DNA of 64,000 nt from Lama guanicoe (lineage: Eukaryota), in assembly GCA_013239625.1 (NCBI GenBank), contig MU053873.1:198524-262523 (forward strand), written 5' to 3'. The notes under the pieces are model-generated. The model saw nothing but the letters and a program-made list of their open reading frames with translations. It ran no database searches and was not told the origin of the DNA. The position numbers were made by a program, and so were the translations under genes. Positions 22,851 to 34,678 of the stretch are shown one piece after another (positions within the stretch are counted from its first letter, which is position 1; every line of letters begins with the position of its first letter).

Positions 22851-25800
22851 CCACACCCCTACCCACAGGCACTACCACCACCCTAGCCCCAAAGGGGACT
22901 TGCAAAACCAAGCCAGGGGCCACAGGAAGGTAATGAGAGGGTACAGAGGGTGGAGGCGGTGCCCCGCAGGTGTCGTTACATTTGCCTTTCTCACGTGCTG
23001 AATAGTGAGGTGCTTTTGCCTTTTGGGGACAGGGTACCCAATTGCCAGGGCTGTGCCAGGAACTCCAGGGCTTCTCCTGTCTCCTCTGGCTCCCCTCACC
23101 AGCTCTAATCCTGGGCTATACTGTCTGGCCCCCACCTTCCTCCCCTGGGCTCATCTGACTGCCCTGTGCTCACTTCCCAAGTGGGAGCATCCAGGCAAGG
23201 AGCTGGGTGTGAGCTGATGGCTGAGAGCCGCTGCTGGCTGGGTTTTCAGAGAACTAAGAGCTCAGCTGGGCACAGGGAAGAAAGATGGTAAGGGGGGTTG
23301 CCCGGGCAGTGGGGGTGGCCCCAGCGTACTCAGTTTCTGGGTCACTGGTCTTGGGGAATTCCCCAATGCCCAGAGAGCTGCTTACCTGGTGAGTAAGTGC
23401 TGCTGGCTGCCCACACAGGATGCCTGGCTGCGAGGGTACCTCCCTGCCACCCCCCTGCCAATGGCCACTGCCACGTTGCCCTCTCCCCTGAGTGCCCCGG
23501 GGCCCAGGAGACAGACAGACAGGCAGGGGGCTGTGCCCCACCCCCGCAACCCCCCTCCTCCCGAGGCTCCCCAGGGGGCGGCTGGTGATTCAAGCCCCTC
23601 TGAGCTGAGCTATGTCTCCTTCCTTCTCAGATGGGGCTTGGGGGTGAATCAGCTCCTGGGGGCGGGAGACCGGGTCAGCCACTGTCTTCAGCTCAGGCCT
23701 GAGGCCAGGGTGGGGGGTGTTCAGGAGCCAGGATGGGACATAGGGAGAGAGAGAGCCTACCGCAGTGCCAGCCCCCTCAACCAGTCTGATCATTCTGGGG
23801 CACCCCTGAAGTTTGAGGCTCAAGGGTGTTTAGCTTCCATTATCGAGGAGAGACTGAGCAGGTCCATCTCCTGCTCAGCTTTCACCCTGAAGTTTTCAGC
23901 CCTGAAGTTCGCCCACGTGTCCTCATCTGTAAAATGATGACAAGAATCTCTGCCTCACAGGGAGGTGGTAAGGAGGCTCAGTGCTGATGAGTAGACGGCT
24001 TGCTGGGTGCCCAGAACTGCACTAAGCCTGAGCCCTCACAGCAAACCCACAGCATAGTTGCCATTATACCCATTTTAGAGACAAGAAAACCGAGGCCAGG
24101 AGGTGGTCACTTCCTCAAATTCACCCAGCTCATAACTGGCAGAGCCAAGCCTCTCACCTGGCTCCGACCAAGGCTGAAGTCCAGGCTTCCAACCACCAGG
24201 CTGCATGCCTTCTCTCCATGAGAGATAAGGCACAGACAGTTTTTGGAATCTGCAAAATGCTTTTAAAAAATACTTAGCATCTACTCTGATGTAACGCTGA
24301 GCCAGGTGCTGTCGAGAGTACAAATGAGGGTCAGACCCCATCCAAGCCCTCAAAGGGTGAGGAATGAGACTTGTTCCCACTTGGAAGGAAAGTACTCAGG
24401 ACTGGCCAGACCCAGCCAGCCTGGGCTGTGGGAGGCAGGGGAGGCTTCCTGGAAGAAGCGGCCTGAATGCAGCTCACCATCCTTCTATCCTCTCTCAGTG
24501 TGAGGTGCTGCCAACATTGCTGTGGCCTTTGAGCAGGATGGCTGGGGGTCCAGACCCCACTCTCTTGTTAACGATCTGTGCAGCCCTGGGCAAGTGCCTT
24601 CACCTTGCTGAGTCTCAGTTTCCCCATCTGAAAAATAAAACATCTAGGACATTCTAAGAGAGACTTGTGGATGGTGGGTGAGAGTCAGTAGAAAAGGAGG
24701 GGCTGGATGGCCACATGCACCAAAGCGAGAAGAGAAAGCCCCGAGGGGCCCTGGGAAGGCCCCAGGCCGGCCCTGGGGCGATGGGTAGGTGGACTGCATA
24801 GCCACCTGGAGGAGCACCCCCGGGCTCTGGCCTCGCAGCCCCCTGTGGAGTCTGAGGGGGATCCCATGTGGGCCTTGCCCAGCCCCCTCACCCCGAGGCG
24901 GGTCGAATCCCCAGCAGGCCCAGTGTGCAGGAGCAGGACAGGCTAGGGATGAAGTCACAGCTGGAAGGGGCCGGGCTGGGGCTGCCACTCCAGGGTGGGG
25001 CCTGGGGTCACGACCCCGGGAGCAGGCAGCCAAGAAGGGAGGATGCCTTCCGTGAGGAAGCTGGGGAAAACACACACACACACACAGCAGCGTAGAGAGG
25101 GAGGGAAGAAAACAAACTCCAGGAGACCAAAGCTGGTCTGGAGCGCGGCCTGGGCAGCCGATTCCTGGGGACCGAGGCCACGTTGCAGGCGGCTCACGGG
25201 CCCGCAGCTCCAAGACCCTGCCCGGCCTTCCCCCGAGAGGCCCAGCGCAGGTGGTGCCTGGACATGGAGAGGAGAGGGAGGCTGGGCCTGGGGTGCCGAG
25301 GGGCCCAGAGCACTTGGGGAGCACGGACCAAGTCAGGTACCGTGAGAGGGGAAACTGAGGCAGGGGAGGGGCCAGTCAGGTGGGAGTGCAGTGCCTTCTA
25401 GACTCTACTCTCACTTCCTGTTTCCTGTGGGGTGGGGCTGAGGTTACTTGGTGTCTGGGGGTGTTTTATAGGGCTGATGTGGGCTCTGGGCAATCAGAGG
25501 ACAGCGCAAGGCCCTGGAAGTTACTCAGAAAGATGCAGAGGAGAAACCGTGCAGGGGAGCAGTGGGACATGCTGGCGCTCCAGGGGAATCAGGGCACCTA
25601 GGGAGATCCTTGAGCGGGAAAACAAGGGGACCCAGAGATGGGACCTGAGTGGGGCCCTGGTCAAAGGGATCTGAGGTCCACACCAGGAGAATCTGGCTGA
25701 GTCAGATGACAGGAGTCCCGGAGATGTGGGGGTTGATCTGGAGGCTGATCCAAGGTTCATGTGCTGCAAGTGGTCAGGCCCTTTGCAGGGAGACTGGGGG

Positions 25801-27389
25801 TGGGGGGATTATGAGGAGAGGGAGGTGACCTGGGATGTCTTGGGGTGTGGGGCTGCCAGAGACAGACTAGGGTGGATGGGCCTCCTGGAGGTGTACACAG
25901 ACCACCCCCCCAGCAAGTGTACTGTGCGGGAGGAGCAATGCCAGTTGGGGCCTTCTGGGGCCTCCAAGGAAGACATAGGAGGTGTTGAGGGTGGGCAGGG
26001 AGGAGGAAGGAAAGGCCGGGAGAGCTCCACGGGCCTCCTCCCTGCTGGGAAGTGCCCGCGGGGATGGGCAGTTTTATCGGCCCACAGCCCAGGCCCAGCT
26101 GGGAGAGCGTGAAGGAAGCAGCCTGGAGAGGGCAGGGCGCATATGGGGGGAGGGGCCCTGCAGCAGGCAGGAGGGCTCGTCCTGGCACGAAGGAAGAGGG
26201 AGGAACGAACAAGCATGGCTGGGCAGGTCCGGGATCTGGCAAGAGGCGGGAGCTGGGGGACTAGAGGATGGCTGAGGGGGTGGGCAGAGGGAATTAGGGG
26301 CCAGGGGAAGGCTGCAGGGCTCCCTGGCCTTGGAGAACCAACTCTCCCCGCCTTGTTCTCTGGTCAGGGTCAGGTTGGAGGTCTGTGGTGGGGTCCCAGG
26401 GCAATGAGACATCTCCTGGGACAGGGGGTGTCCTGACAACTTGTGGGACAGTGTGGCCCCAGATATGTGTCTGACCAGCACTCCCCCACCTCTTTTTCTC
26501 AGCTGGGGAGGAGTGGCTATGCTCATTTTGCCCTAGTCCTCACCCTTCCTTCCTGCCCCTCCTCACTTGTTTATGAATCTACCTGGCCATGAGACACCAG
26601 AATTTGTGATCCTGCCTAAGAGACTCCAGAAGCACCTTTTGGAGGGTCATCATTCTCTGAGGCTGAGCCCCAAGGGCCTTCCTAGCCATTTCTGTTCTCC
26701 TCAGATATCCCTTTGCATCCTGAGGTCTGATTGGCTAAGACTTTCTAAGTCTCTACTTCAGATGTCCTTTCAGAATGGAAATGCTGGACCACCCTCCTCT
26801 GATGGGGGAGTTGGGATTGCAAAGAGCTTAGTAAATGCCAGACACACAACACCTTCCCAGAAGCTCCTCCCCAGTCTCCCCAAAGAAGGGAGTCATGCAA
26901 TTCCTGCACCCCATCTTCCCAGCTCCCTCCTCAGCCCCACAGGTACCTGTGGTCAGCAGTGTAGGCTTGCTGATGGCAGTCAGGAAGCCTGACCTGGGGG
27001 GGACGCTGGACAACCTGTCCCCTTTGGAGCCCCACTTTGCCCAGTGGCAGCGGGCAGGTGGGAGGAGGCCACCTCTGTGGTGGCTTCCAGGGCCTATGTT
27101 CAGTTTCGCTTTATTACTGTCTAAAGTCCACACTGGGGCCCCAGCCCCTCTTCCTGGAGCCTCCTTCTCAGCCAAACCCCAGCCTGCCTCCTCCCCACTG
27201 CCCCCCCAAAACCCCGACAAGGGGGCCACAGGTGTCAACCTCCACCTGCTTGCCTAGTTTCAAGCCACCTCCCCAAACCCAGGTGAGTCAGGGCTATCTG
27301 GGGCACGCACTGCGCGGGGACCCCCGATGACTCTGCCTGGGGACCCTCCTCCCCCTCCCCATCTTCAAACGACTCCCAGGGCAAGCCAC

Positions 27390-27660
27390 TCAGGAAAACC
27401 ACAGGGTGTTTTGCCGAAGAGTTCATTATAATTTTATCAATCAATTTCTTAGAAGAGGGGAAAAGCCTGCTTTCCCCACCCTTCCCCCTCACTGCCCCCC
27501 CTCTTCACTCTCACTTTCTTCCATTCATAATTTTCCTATGATGCACCCAAACAACTTCCTGGACGGGGTATCCCTGCTAAATATAGCTGTTTCTCTGTCT
27601 TACAACACAGGCTCCGGTATATAAATCAGGCAAATTCCCCATTTGAGCATGAACCTCTGA
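27390..27660 (+). promoter_or_regulatory. LIF proximal promoter
   Basis: TATATAAA 27618-27625; MEF2 consensus CTAAATATAG 27577-27586; kB-like GGGGTATCCC 27565-27574; ETS ACTTCCT 27554-27560; GAS TTCTTAGAA 27446-27454; NFAT/RUNX GGAAAACCACA 27393-27403. Confidence 0.85.
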
Positions 27661-27712
27661 AAACTGCCGGCATCTAAGGTCTCCTCCAAGGCCCTCTGGA
27701 GTCCAGCCCATA

Positions 27713-27731
27713 ATGAAGGTCTTGGCGGCAG
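27713..27731 (+). CDS. LIF: LIF coding exon 1 (LIF-D)
   Basis: ataATGAAGGTCTTGGCGGCAG|gtaaat. Confidence 0.96.
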
Positions 27732-30634
27732 GTAAATCCACCCGCCCCGCGCCGGCTTCCGCGCCCCTCTGCGGGCGCAGCGGCAACTTGGGGCGCTTGG
27801 CGATCGCGAGCGGGACACCCACCCGCTGCAGACACACGGACACTTGGGGCGCCCGCGCAGCAGCCGGCCGGGCCGCCGGAGGCGCTGGGTGGCGGCCGGG
27901 AGCGAGCGCTGGCACATGGTCCCCGCACCGCGCGTCCAGCCTGCCCCGGGGCCCGCAGGTTGGCGGGCAAAGGACCCGGCGCCGCAGCCTTCCTCCTTCT
28001 CCTCCTCCTCTCTCCTGCCGCTCTCCTATGCTGCTATTCCAGCTCTGCTTTCTCCGGGATTCACCCTCCCTCTTTCTTTCTGTCTGTCTTTCTGCTTTCT
28101 CTTTTCCAACCGCGTCCCGGGCTGCTCCCTGGGAGCGGTGCCGGCAGCTGAGAAGCTTGCAAACTCCGGCGCGGGACGGGAGCAGGTGCCGCCTCCATAT
28201 GCGAGTGCCTGGAAAGCTGTGGTCTGTGCTAGGTGAGCCCGGGGTTTGGGGAACCCCCCCAGCCATCCTGGGGCCTCAGCACTGCCTGGGGATGCTGGGA
28301 AGCACAAGGGACCCAGAAGTGAACTCGCTTCTGTCCCAGCAGAGGAATCGGCTCCCGCGCCTCCCCCTCCCCCTGCCTCACCAGTTCTCCAGCCTTACAG
28401 GTCCGCGACCCCAGCCCTTGCTGCTGGGTCACCAGGAAAGTGAATGGTGGGGGGTGGGGGGTGGAGTGGGAAGCTAGGGGGACGGGTGATCCAGGACAGG
28501 CCCCAACAGCTCCCAGCTCTCCTGTCACCTTTCACTTTCTTTCCTCCCCGCCCACCTGGCTGCGTGCGACCTTTTTCCTTCTTTCTTTCCTGGTTGCACC
28601 ATTTCCTCTCCCTCCGGAAGGCTCTGGGGGCCTGTGGGACCCCAGGATTCGTGTGTCCTAACCCATGACCTGGGGCAAAGACTAGTAGGAGTGGGAGGGC
28701 ACCAAGGCAAGAGTGGCAAGGAGCTGGGGGGCAGGAAGCTCTGGGGCTGATCTGGGAGTGAGGGGGCAGAACTGCAAACTAGGGTGGACCTGAGGGTCCT
28801 GGATAGGGGAGTGGCCACTCTTGGAGAAGAAGAACCACAGAAAAGATGGGCGGAGGAGGATAGGATGGTCCAGTGAGCCAAAATCATGTGACAGGTTTGG
28901 GAGATAAGGGCCAGCAGACACACCCCCGACCCCCGCGGTCCCCATGGGGGCCCACTCTGAGAGACTGAAGCATGCAGTGACACTTAAGAGTCTGGACTAT
29001 ACTGGGTGGTGGGAAGGTAGGGGCAGCTCTTTTCCTTGAGACTCACTGGGCCTGGGACGTGGTGCCTTCCAGCCAGAGACCAGGATGGATGGTCGGTGTC
29101 ACCCTGGACCCTGTTTCCATCCAGTAGGAAGAGCTCATGTCCTGCCCCCTTGCTCCTCTCAGGAGAGAGAGGGGAGTGATAAGCTGGAGAGAAGCAGAGA
29201 TAATTAGAAATCTGTGGGGAGGGAGACAGAGAAACAGATGCAGTGACTTCGTGGAAGTAAGGAACAGCCAGGCCAGGCTAAGAGAGAGCTGGAGGCTGAG
29301 AGGGGACACTGGTGACCCGGCGGGAGACAGGTGCGCCCTCTCCCTTGAGCCCCATCGCTTGCTCCCTCACCTCCCTGCTCATGGTTCCTTCCACCTGTTC
29401 CCAGGAGTCGTGCCCCTGCTGCTGGTTCTGCACTGGAAACACGGGGCAGGAAGCCCCATTCCCATCACCCCTGTTAACGCCACCTGTGCCACACGCCACC
29501 CATGTCACAGCAACCTCATGAACCAGATCAGGAACCAGCTGTTGCAGCTCAACAGCAGTGCCAACGCCCTCTTTATTCTTTACGTAAGTCACCCCCACAA
29601 GGATGCATGCCGAGGAAGGAGGGAGGGAGGGGCTGGGGTCTGCTGCAGGGACCTGGGCTGGCAGGGCTGGTCGGGCTGGTCAGGGAAGGGAAGGGAGGGG
29701 GCTTGGTCCAACCACACACAGACTCCCGCAGCTTCCTCCCATCCTCGGCCGCTTTCCCAGGGTGCCTGTCTAGATAGGGGCAGAGTTGCCTGGAGAAGCA
29801 AGGGCCTGGCACTTCTAGTCTTGGGATCCCTTCACCACATGGAGTGAGAGACAGAGAAGGCAGTGGACGGGGAGGTACTGATGGGAGAGACAGCGGGCTG
29901 TGGGTGTCTGGGGTGCAGAGCCACGCAGGAAGAAGGCGAGTACGGTGGGTGAAAGGGCAAGTGTGTGTGGTGTACGTGTTGGAGGTGAGACTCGGTGCGG
30001 TCCTGATGAGGACGATAATTTCTTGCTTGGTAGAGGCTTGATGCTTTACCAAGTGCATTTACACACACGATGACTTCTGGCTCTCAAGACAGTCCTGAGA
30101 TGCCTACAGGGCAAGTGGTTGGGCCCTCATGCAGGGCTGGGGGCGAAGGCCCAAGAGCTGACCTGGAGGCTTGGCGGTGGGGCTGGAACACCCATCTCTG
30201 ACTCCCACGTCATCTGTCCTCAGTACACGGCCCAGGGGGAGCCATTCCCCAACAACCTGGACAAGCTGTGCAGCCCCAACGTGACCGACTTCCCTCCCTT
30301 CCACGCCAACGGCACAGAGAAGGCTCGGCTGGTGGAGCTGTACCGAATCATCGCCTACCTTGGCGCCTCCCTAGGCAACATCACACGAGACCAGAAGGTC
30401 CTCAATCCCAACGCGCTCAGCCTCCACAGCAAGCTGAACGCCACCGTGGACGTCATGCGTGGCCTCCTCAGCAACGTGCTCTGCCGCCTGTGCAGCAAGT
30501 ACCACGTGGCCCACGTGGACGTGGCCTACGGCCCCGACACCTCGGGCAAGGACGTCTTCCAGAAGAAGAAGCTGGGCTGTCAGCTCCTGGGGAAGTATAA
30601 GCAGGTCATCGCCATGGTGGCCCAGGCCTTCTAG
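27713..30634 (+). CDS. LIF: Leukemia inhibitory factor precursor (LIF-D), join(27713..27731,29405..29583,30224..30634), 202 aa
   Basis: [82 protein letters not shown]...[27 protein letters not shown]. 19+179+411 nt, GT-AG introns, six Cys, six N-x-S/T sites, FxxK motif. Confidence 0.99.
27735..28205. promoter_or_regulatory. CpG island, LIF intron 1
   Basis: Very high GC and CpG density (gcgcc, cgcgagcg, ggccggccg) against a CpG-depleted background. Confidence 0.85.
28150..28232 (+). other. LIF: Probable alternative first exon of LIF (LIF-M type); 5' end uncertain
   Basis: CTGGAAAGCTGTGGTCTGTGCTAG|gtgagc: a strong phase-1 donor in intron 1, resembling the LIF-M exon as I recall it. Confidence 0.6.
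28520..28620 (+). other. Possible LIF-T-type alternative first exon region (pyrimidine-rich; donor not identified)
   Basis: GACCTTTTTCCTTCTTTCTTTCC block resembles the recalled LIF-T exon and lies just 3' of the LIF-M-like exon. Confidence 0.35.
29405..29583 (+). CDS. LIF: LIF coding exon 2
   Basis: cctgttcccag|GAGTCGTG...CTTTAC|gtaagt. Confidence 0.98.
30224..30634 (+). CDS. LIF: LIF coding exon 3
   Basis: ctgtcctcag|TACACG...TTCTAG; 3' part of ORF 30119..30634. Confidence 0.99.
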   Translation, partial: YTAQGEPFPNNLDKLCSPNVTDFPPFHANGTEKARLVELYRIIAYLGASLGNITRDQKVLNPNALSLHSKLNATVDVMRGLLSNVLCRLCSKYHVAHVDVAYGPDTSGKDVFQKKKLGCQLLGKYKQVIAMVAQAF

Positions 30635-33600
30635 ACGGGAGGTCTCGGAGTGCACAGTGACCCGAGATCTTAGACTTAGGTGGCTCCCAAACTGTGGCCG
30701 GGACCCAGAGCATGGCCAAACCGAAGTGGGGGCTGCGGGCAGACCCCGAGGGGTCCCTGGCGGGTCTACTCCCCTCTGGGGTGGGCTGTGATGAAGCCAA
30801 GCCCACACTCCCAGAGGCAGAAGCTGTATCTGGCGCCCACTAGTGGAAGGCGCCCCTTCTGGCAGCGAGGCACCAGGGTTTTGGGCTGGACTTCGGCCCT
30901 CACTTGTCCCCTCAGCCAGGGTCTTCGTGAGCAAACAACACAAGTTGTCTACGGCAACCCTGACCACAGGGCGAGACAGCAGGGGTCGGGGAGCTTTGCT
31001 CGGCCCCCAGTCTAATGACCACCATCAGTGCCTTTGCTGCCCCTTAGACCTTAAAAGGTCTGGTTGGAACTCAGGCAGCCCAGAGGGACTAGGATCCTGG
31101 AGGATCCTTAGCGCCTACAAAGTATGGTGAGTGGAAGGTAGAAAGGGAGCTCTAGTTTGAGATGCTGCCTTGTCTTGGGTGTGATTGGAGTGCTCAGGCC
31201 TAGGACTGTCGGGTGGAAGTTTCCAGAAGGAGGTCACTGGCATTCAGACTCTTGGGAGGCAGAGAGGCCACCCTCAGGCCTGGGAAGGAAGAGAGACCCC
31301 AAAAGTCCTGACCAGCTCTCCTTCCTCTTCCCTGCAGTCTGTCCTGCAGCCCAGGAAGGCCAGGGTCTGGTGGCTGGACCTGCAGGCGGGGCATGTGGAG
31401 GCAGGCGGGTTGCAGTGTCAGGTGAGAAGGTTCTGAGAGAACCTCAAGTCTTCCTCATGGGCAAGGGTCTGTAGGGGAGGGGTGGATGGGGTAGTTCAGA
31501 GTGGCAGCTCACATCCGATGGAGGCCCCGTGAAGTCACACAAAGGTACTTGAGGGGCACCAGAGGCCATCTCTGGTCCCTGGAGCAAGGGGACAGCAGAA
31601 ATTGAGGTCAGGGTCTCAGGAAGCCTGAGGTCCAAGAGTGCTGTGTGTCTGACCCAGAATGATTGTCTATTTATTTTGATGCCCTATTTATATTAAGTTA
31701 TTGGTGCTTTAAATAGCAAAGTTAATTCCCCTTTCCCTGGTCCCTCCCCAACACAAATAATAAGGCAGCTCCTTCTATGGGAGCCCAGGCCAGGCCTTAG
31801 CAGGGCCTGGTCTGGAAGTCGAAGGTGTTGAAAATGTTACAAGAGGGAAAAGCCTTATGGGTGAAACTCAAAGAAGGGTTGAGATCTGAGAGAACTGGTC
31901 AGTCTGGGTGGGGGTGGGGACCTGGCTCCATCCCCCACCCCAGACGACTTGCTTTGGAGATATCAGACCATGGTGGGTCGGTTTGCAGAGTGGCCGGAGG
32001 GGCTGGGGGTGCTTTTCCCAGGGCTGCCATGTTGCTTGGCTCCAAGGGACTCATTCAACACTGTGTCCTCTGGCACCCCCTGGAATCGGGCCGTTAGAGG
32101 CGGCATTCGTGGTGGAGATGGCATCCAGGAGCAGGGGGCAAGGCAGCCCTGGTGGCCTGCTGCTGTTTCCTTGTCCCCACGCTGCCCCTAGACTCACAGT
32201 CGAGGGGCCCTGGGACAGTCCTGACCCAGCACCCAGCGTGCTCGCGCACAGCGGGAACACCCACAGAGGGCGAGAGGGCCTGGCTGGACCAGTGCAGGGA
32301 GGAGGCCCTGCTCCAGAGAGGAGGACGAGGAGGCCCTGGGATGCAGACCAGGAAGCTGTGGTCCCTCCTGCCCCGCCTCCCCCTACGCCCCCACCCATGT
32401 CTGGGCTCCCAGGCGGGGAACCCGATCCTTCCCTTTGTGCTGGGGCCAGGCTGATGGAGAACCGCCCTCTAGTCTGGGAGCAGGGGAGGAGGGCCCGGAG
32501 CCGGGGCCGCTGCTAAGAGCAGGGTCTGGCTTCTTCTCAAACCCTGACCGGGCAGCGGTCCTAGCAGTTCAGCCAGCGCGATTACGGTACTTTGTACTCG
32601 ACTCTGCACTGCTCTGTCTTCTCTAAGCACTTTACCCATGCCCATCAGATGGCAGGTGGGCAGGCGGCTGGCAGCCCTGAGGCCTGGGGTCCAGGGCCGG
32701 AAGTGGGAGTTGTCCATCGCGTTGGCAAGACTTGTGGCAGGTGGCGGAGGAGATCATGATGGTTACATGTTTTCTGACACTGTCTTAATGTGGGTCACAC
32801 TCAGCCTTGCCCAGGATCTCGGCCTGCTGTCCCCTCACGGCTCTGCTCCTTCGGTGAACGTGGCTCCGAAGGTTTGGGGCCAGCTGGTCTCTCATCATCT
32901 CATCACCCCATGGACACAGACTCCCAGTGCCGGCCCCACCCTGGGCAGCCTCGGAGGCCTGGGGACCAAGCGAGTTTCCTCCCCGAGGCCCAGCACAGCC
33001 CCGGCCCTACCCCTCACCCCCGTGCTCAGTGCTCTTTGTAGGGCCAGCCAGGCAGATGGGCACCCACTTTGCACAGCATCTCTGAATTCTGGAGCCTCTG
33101 TGTGGAAAAAGCTTTACAGGGCAGGAAGCTGTCCACTTCCTCCTTTATTTCATCTGCTGGTGTTGACCCACACCTGCATCCTGGGTCACAGCCCCAGCCA
33201 GAGGAGGGGTTAGGATAGTCATTTGCAGTTTATGGAAAGAGGAGTATTGGGGACTTAATTTATTTAAAAAATTTTAAACGAGAAAGCACAACTATTTATT
33301 TGTCTCTCCTCCTCATTGTCTTCCTCCCCCTTTCCTCGTCCCCTCCTTGGGAACGTCTCCCCTGATAGAAGCAGTCCAGCTCTGCTTGGCTGACTCTCCA
33401 GGACAGACATAGCGTGTAGGGTTGGAGGCCAGAATCAAGCGAGAAGTTAATTTCCCTTCAGATGGTACAGATGTTCTTACTTTCCGATCGCCCCCAGCCA
33501 GCCCCTGGCCCCCCTCCCTGTACCTGGGCATCGCTCCATCCACACTGCTAGCTCCGACATCCTTCCATGTTTCCCTCCTTCCTTTCTACTGGAAAGGACT

Positions 33601-33775
33601 TGGCCTTGGGGGACAAATTCCTCTTTGATGAATGTACCCTGTGGGAATGTTTCATACTGATAGATTATTTTTATTTATTCAATGTCATATTTAAAATATT
33701 TATTTTTTATACTGAAGGAATACTTTTTTTAAAAGAAAAAAGAGAAATTAATAAAGAATCTGCTCTTGGCAAGCT
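30635..33775 (+). other. LIF: LIF long 3' UTR (~3.1 kb) with AU-rich blocks
   Basis: ATTTA-rich blocks at ~31667-31715, ~33255-33300 and ~33662-33710, ending at AATAAA 33750-33755. Confidence 0.8.
33750..33755 (+). terminator. LIF polyadenylation signal AATAAA
   Basis: AATAAA immediately after the terminal ARE block; implies an mRNA of about 4 kb, as known for LIF. Confidence 0.8.
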
Positions 33776-34544
33776 CTCCAGATTGGATTCATGTGGGGAG
33801 ATGGGGCTGGAGGGTCGGGGACCGTCTCTGTCCTCAGCGCCCAGCCAAGGCGGTTGGGAATAGGGGGTACTTCTGCTGGGCAAGGGTGCCAGCGTGGGTA
33901 AGGGTGGGGTGGGCGGAACGTTGGCACAAGCGGGACGAGGTGGGTGGGGCTTCAGATCATGCGGTGCCACCAAGGCGTCCTGTCCGGAATCACGCAGCAT
34001 GTTGGGGCCAGAACCAGGGCTTCTCCATAGGTCTCTTCTGGACTTGAGTGACTCCCCCACAGCAGAAACCACTGCCCCTTGTCCTGCCTCACACCTGGGG
34101 ACCCCCTTTCACTCCACCGTCTTCCCGGCCTCCTGGGACCCCTTCCTTGGGGGAACTGGAGAGGTTAGATAGAACTGGATGTCCGCAGATGCAGGGGCTC
34201 TGGAGCAGCCTCAAGTGTCTCCCCTGTGCTTTGCTCTGGGGTTTGGGTCTGCCCCCTCTTCCAGCTGAGCTTTCTTTTGGGATGTGGGCAGTTCTGAGAG
34301 TCACTTACTTGCCCATTCGTGAATGTTTCTAAGCGTCAGGTGGCGTATTGGGTTCCAAAGGTGAATAGGATACAGTTCATAACTCTGGAAGCTCCCAGGC
34401 CAGTGTGACAGCGAATGAGCACATGGCGGGGGTGGGGAGTGCTGTGTGGATGGAAAATGCAGAGGAGGTGCCAAGCCAAAGTGTCACTCGGGGTGCTCGG
34501 GTCGAGGTCCTCTGTTTTCTGTGCAAAGAACAGACTTAACTCAC

Positions 34545-34678
34545 AGCAACACTGGCCTCACCAAGAGGTGATCAGGAAGGCAGGCGCTGGCCCCTACCCC
34601 ACCCCAGACTTGCTGAATTGGAATCTGCCCTTTAATAAGATCCCAGGTGATCTTAGTGCACGTTAAAACCTGAGAAGG
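34545..34678. mobile_element. MER5-like DNA transposon relic
   Basis: ccccacccca gacttgctgaattggaatctg...tttaataagatcccaggtgat...gcacgttaaaacctgagaa. Confidence 0.6.

Noticed and set aside
30371-30967. 198-aa antisense ORF over LIF exon 3
   Set aside because: Typical shadow ORF of a coding exon with high GC at third codon positions.
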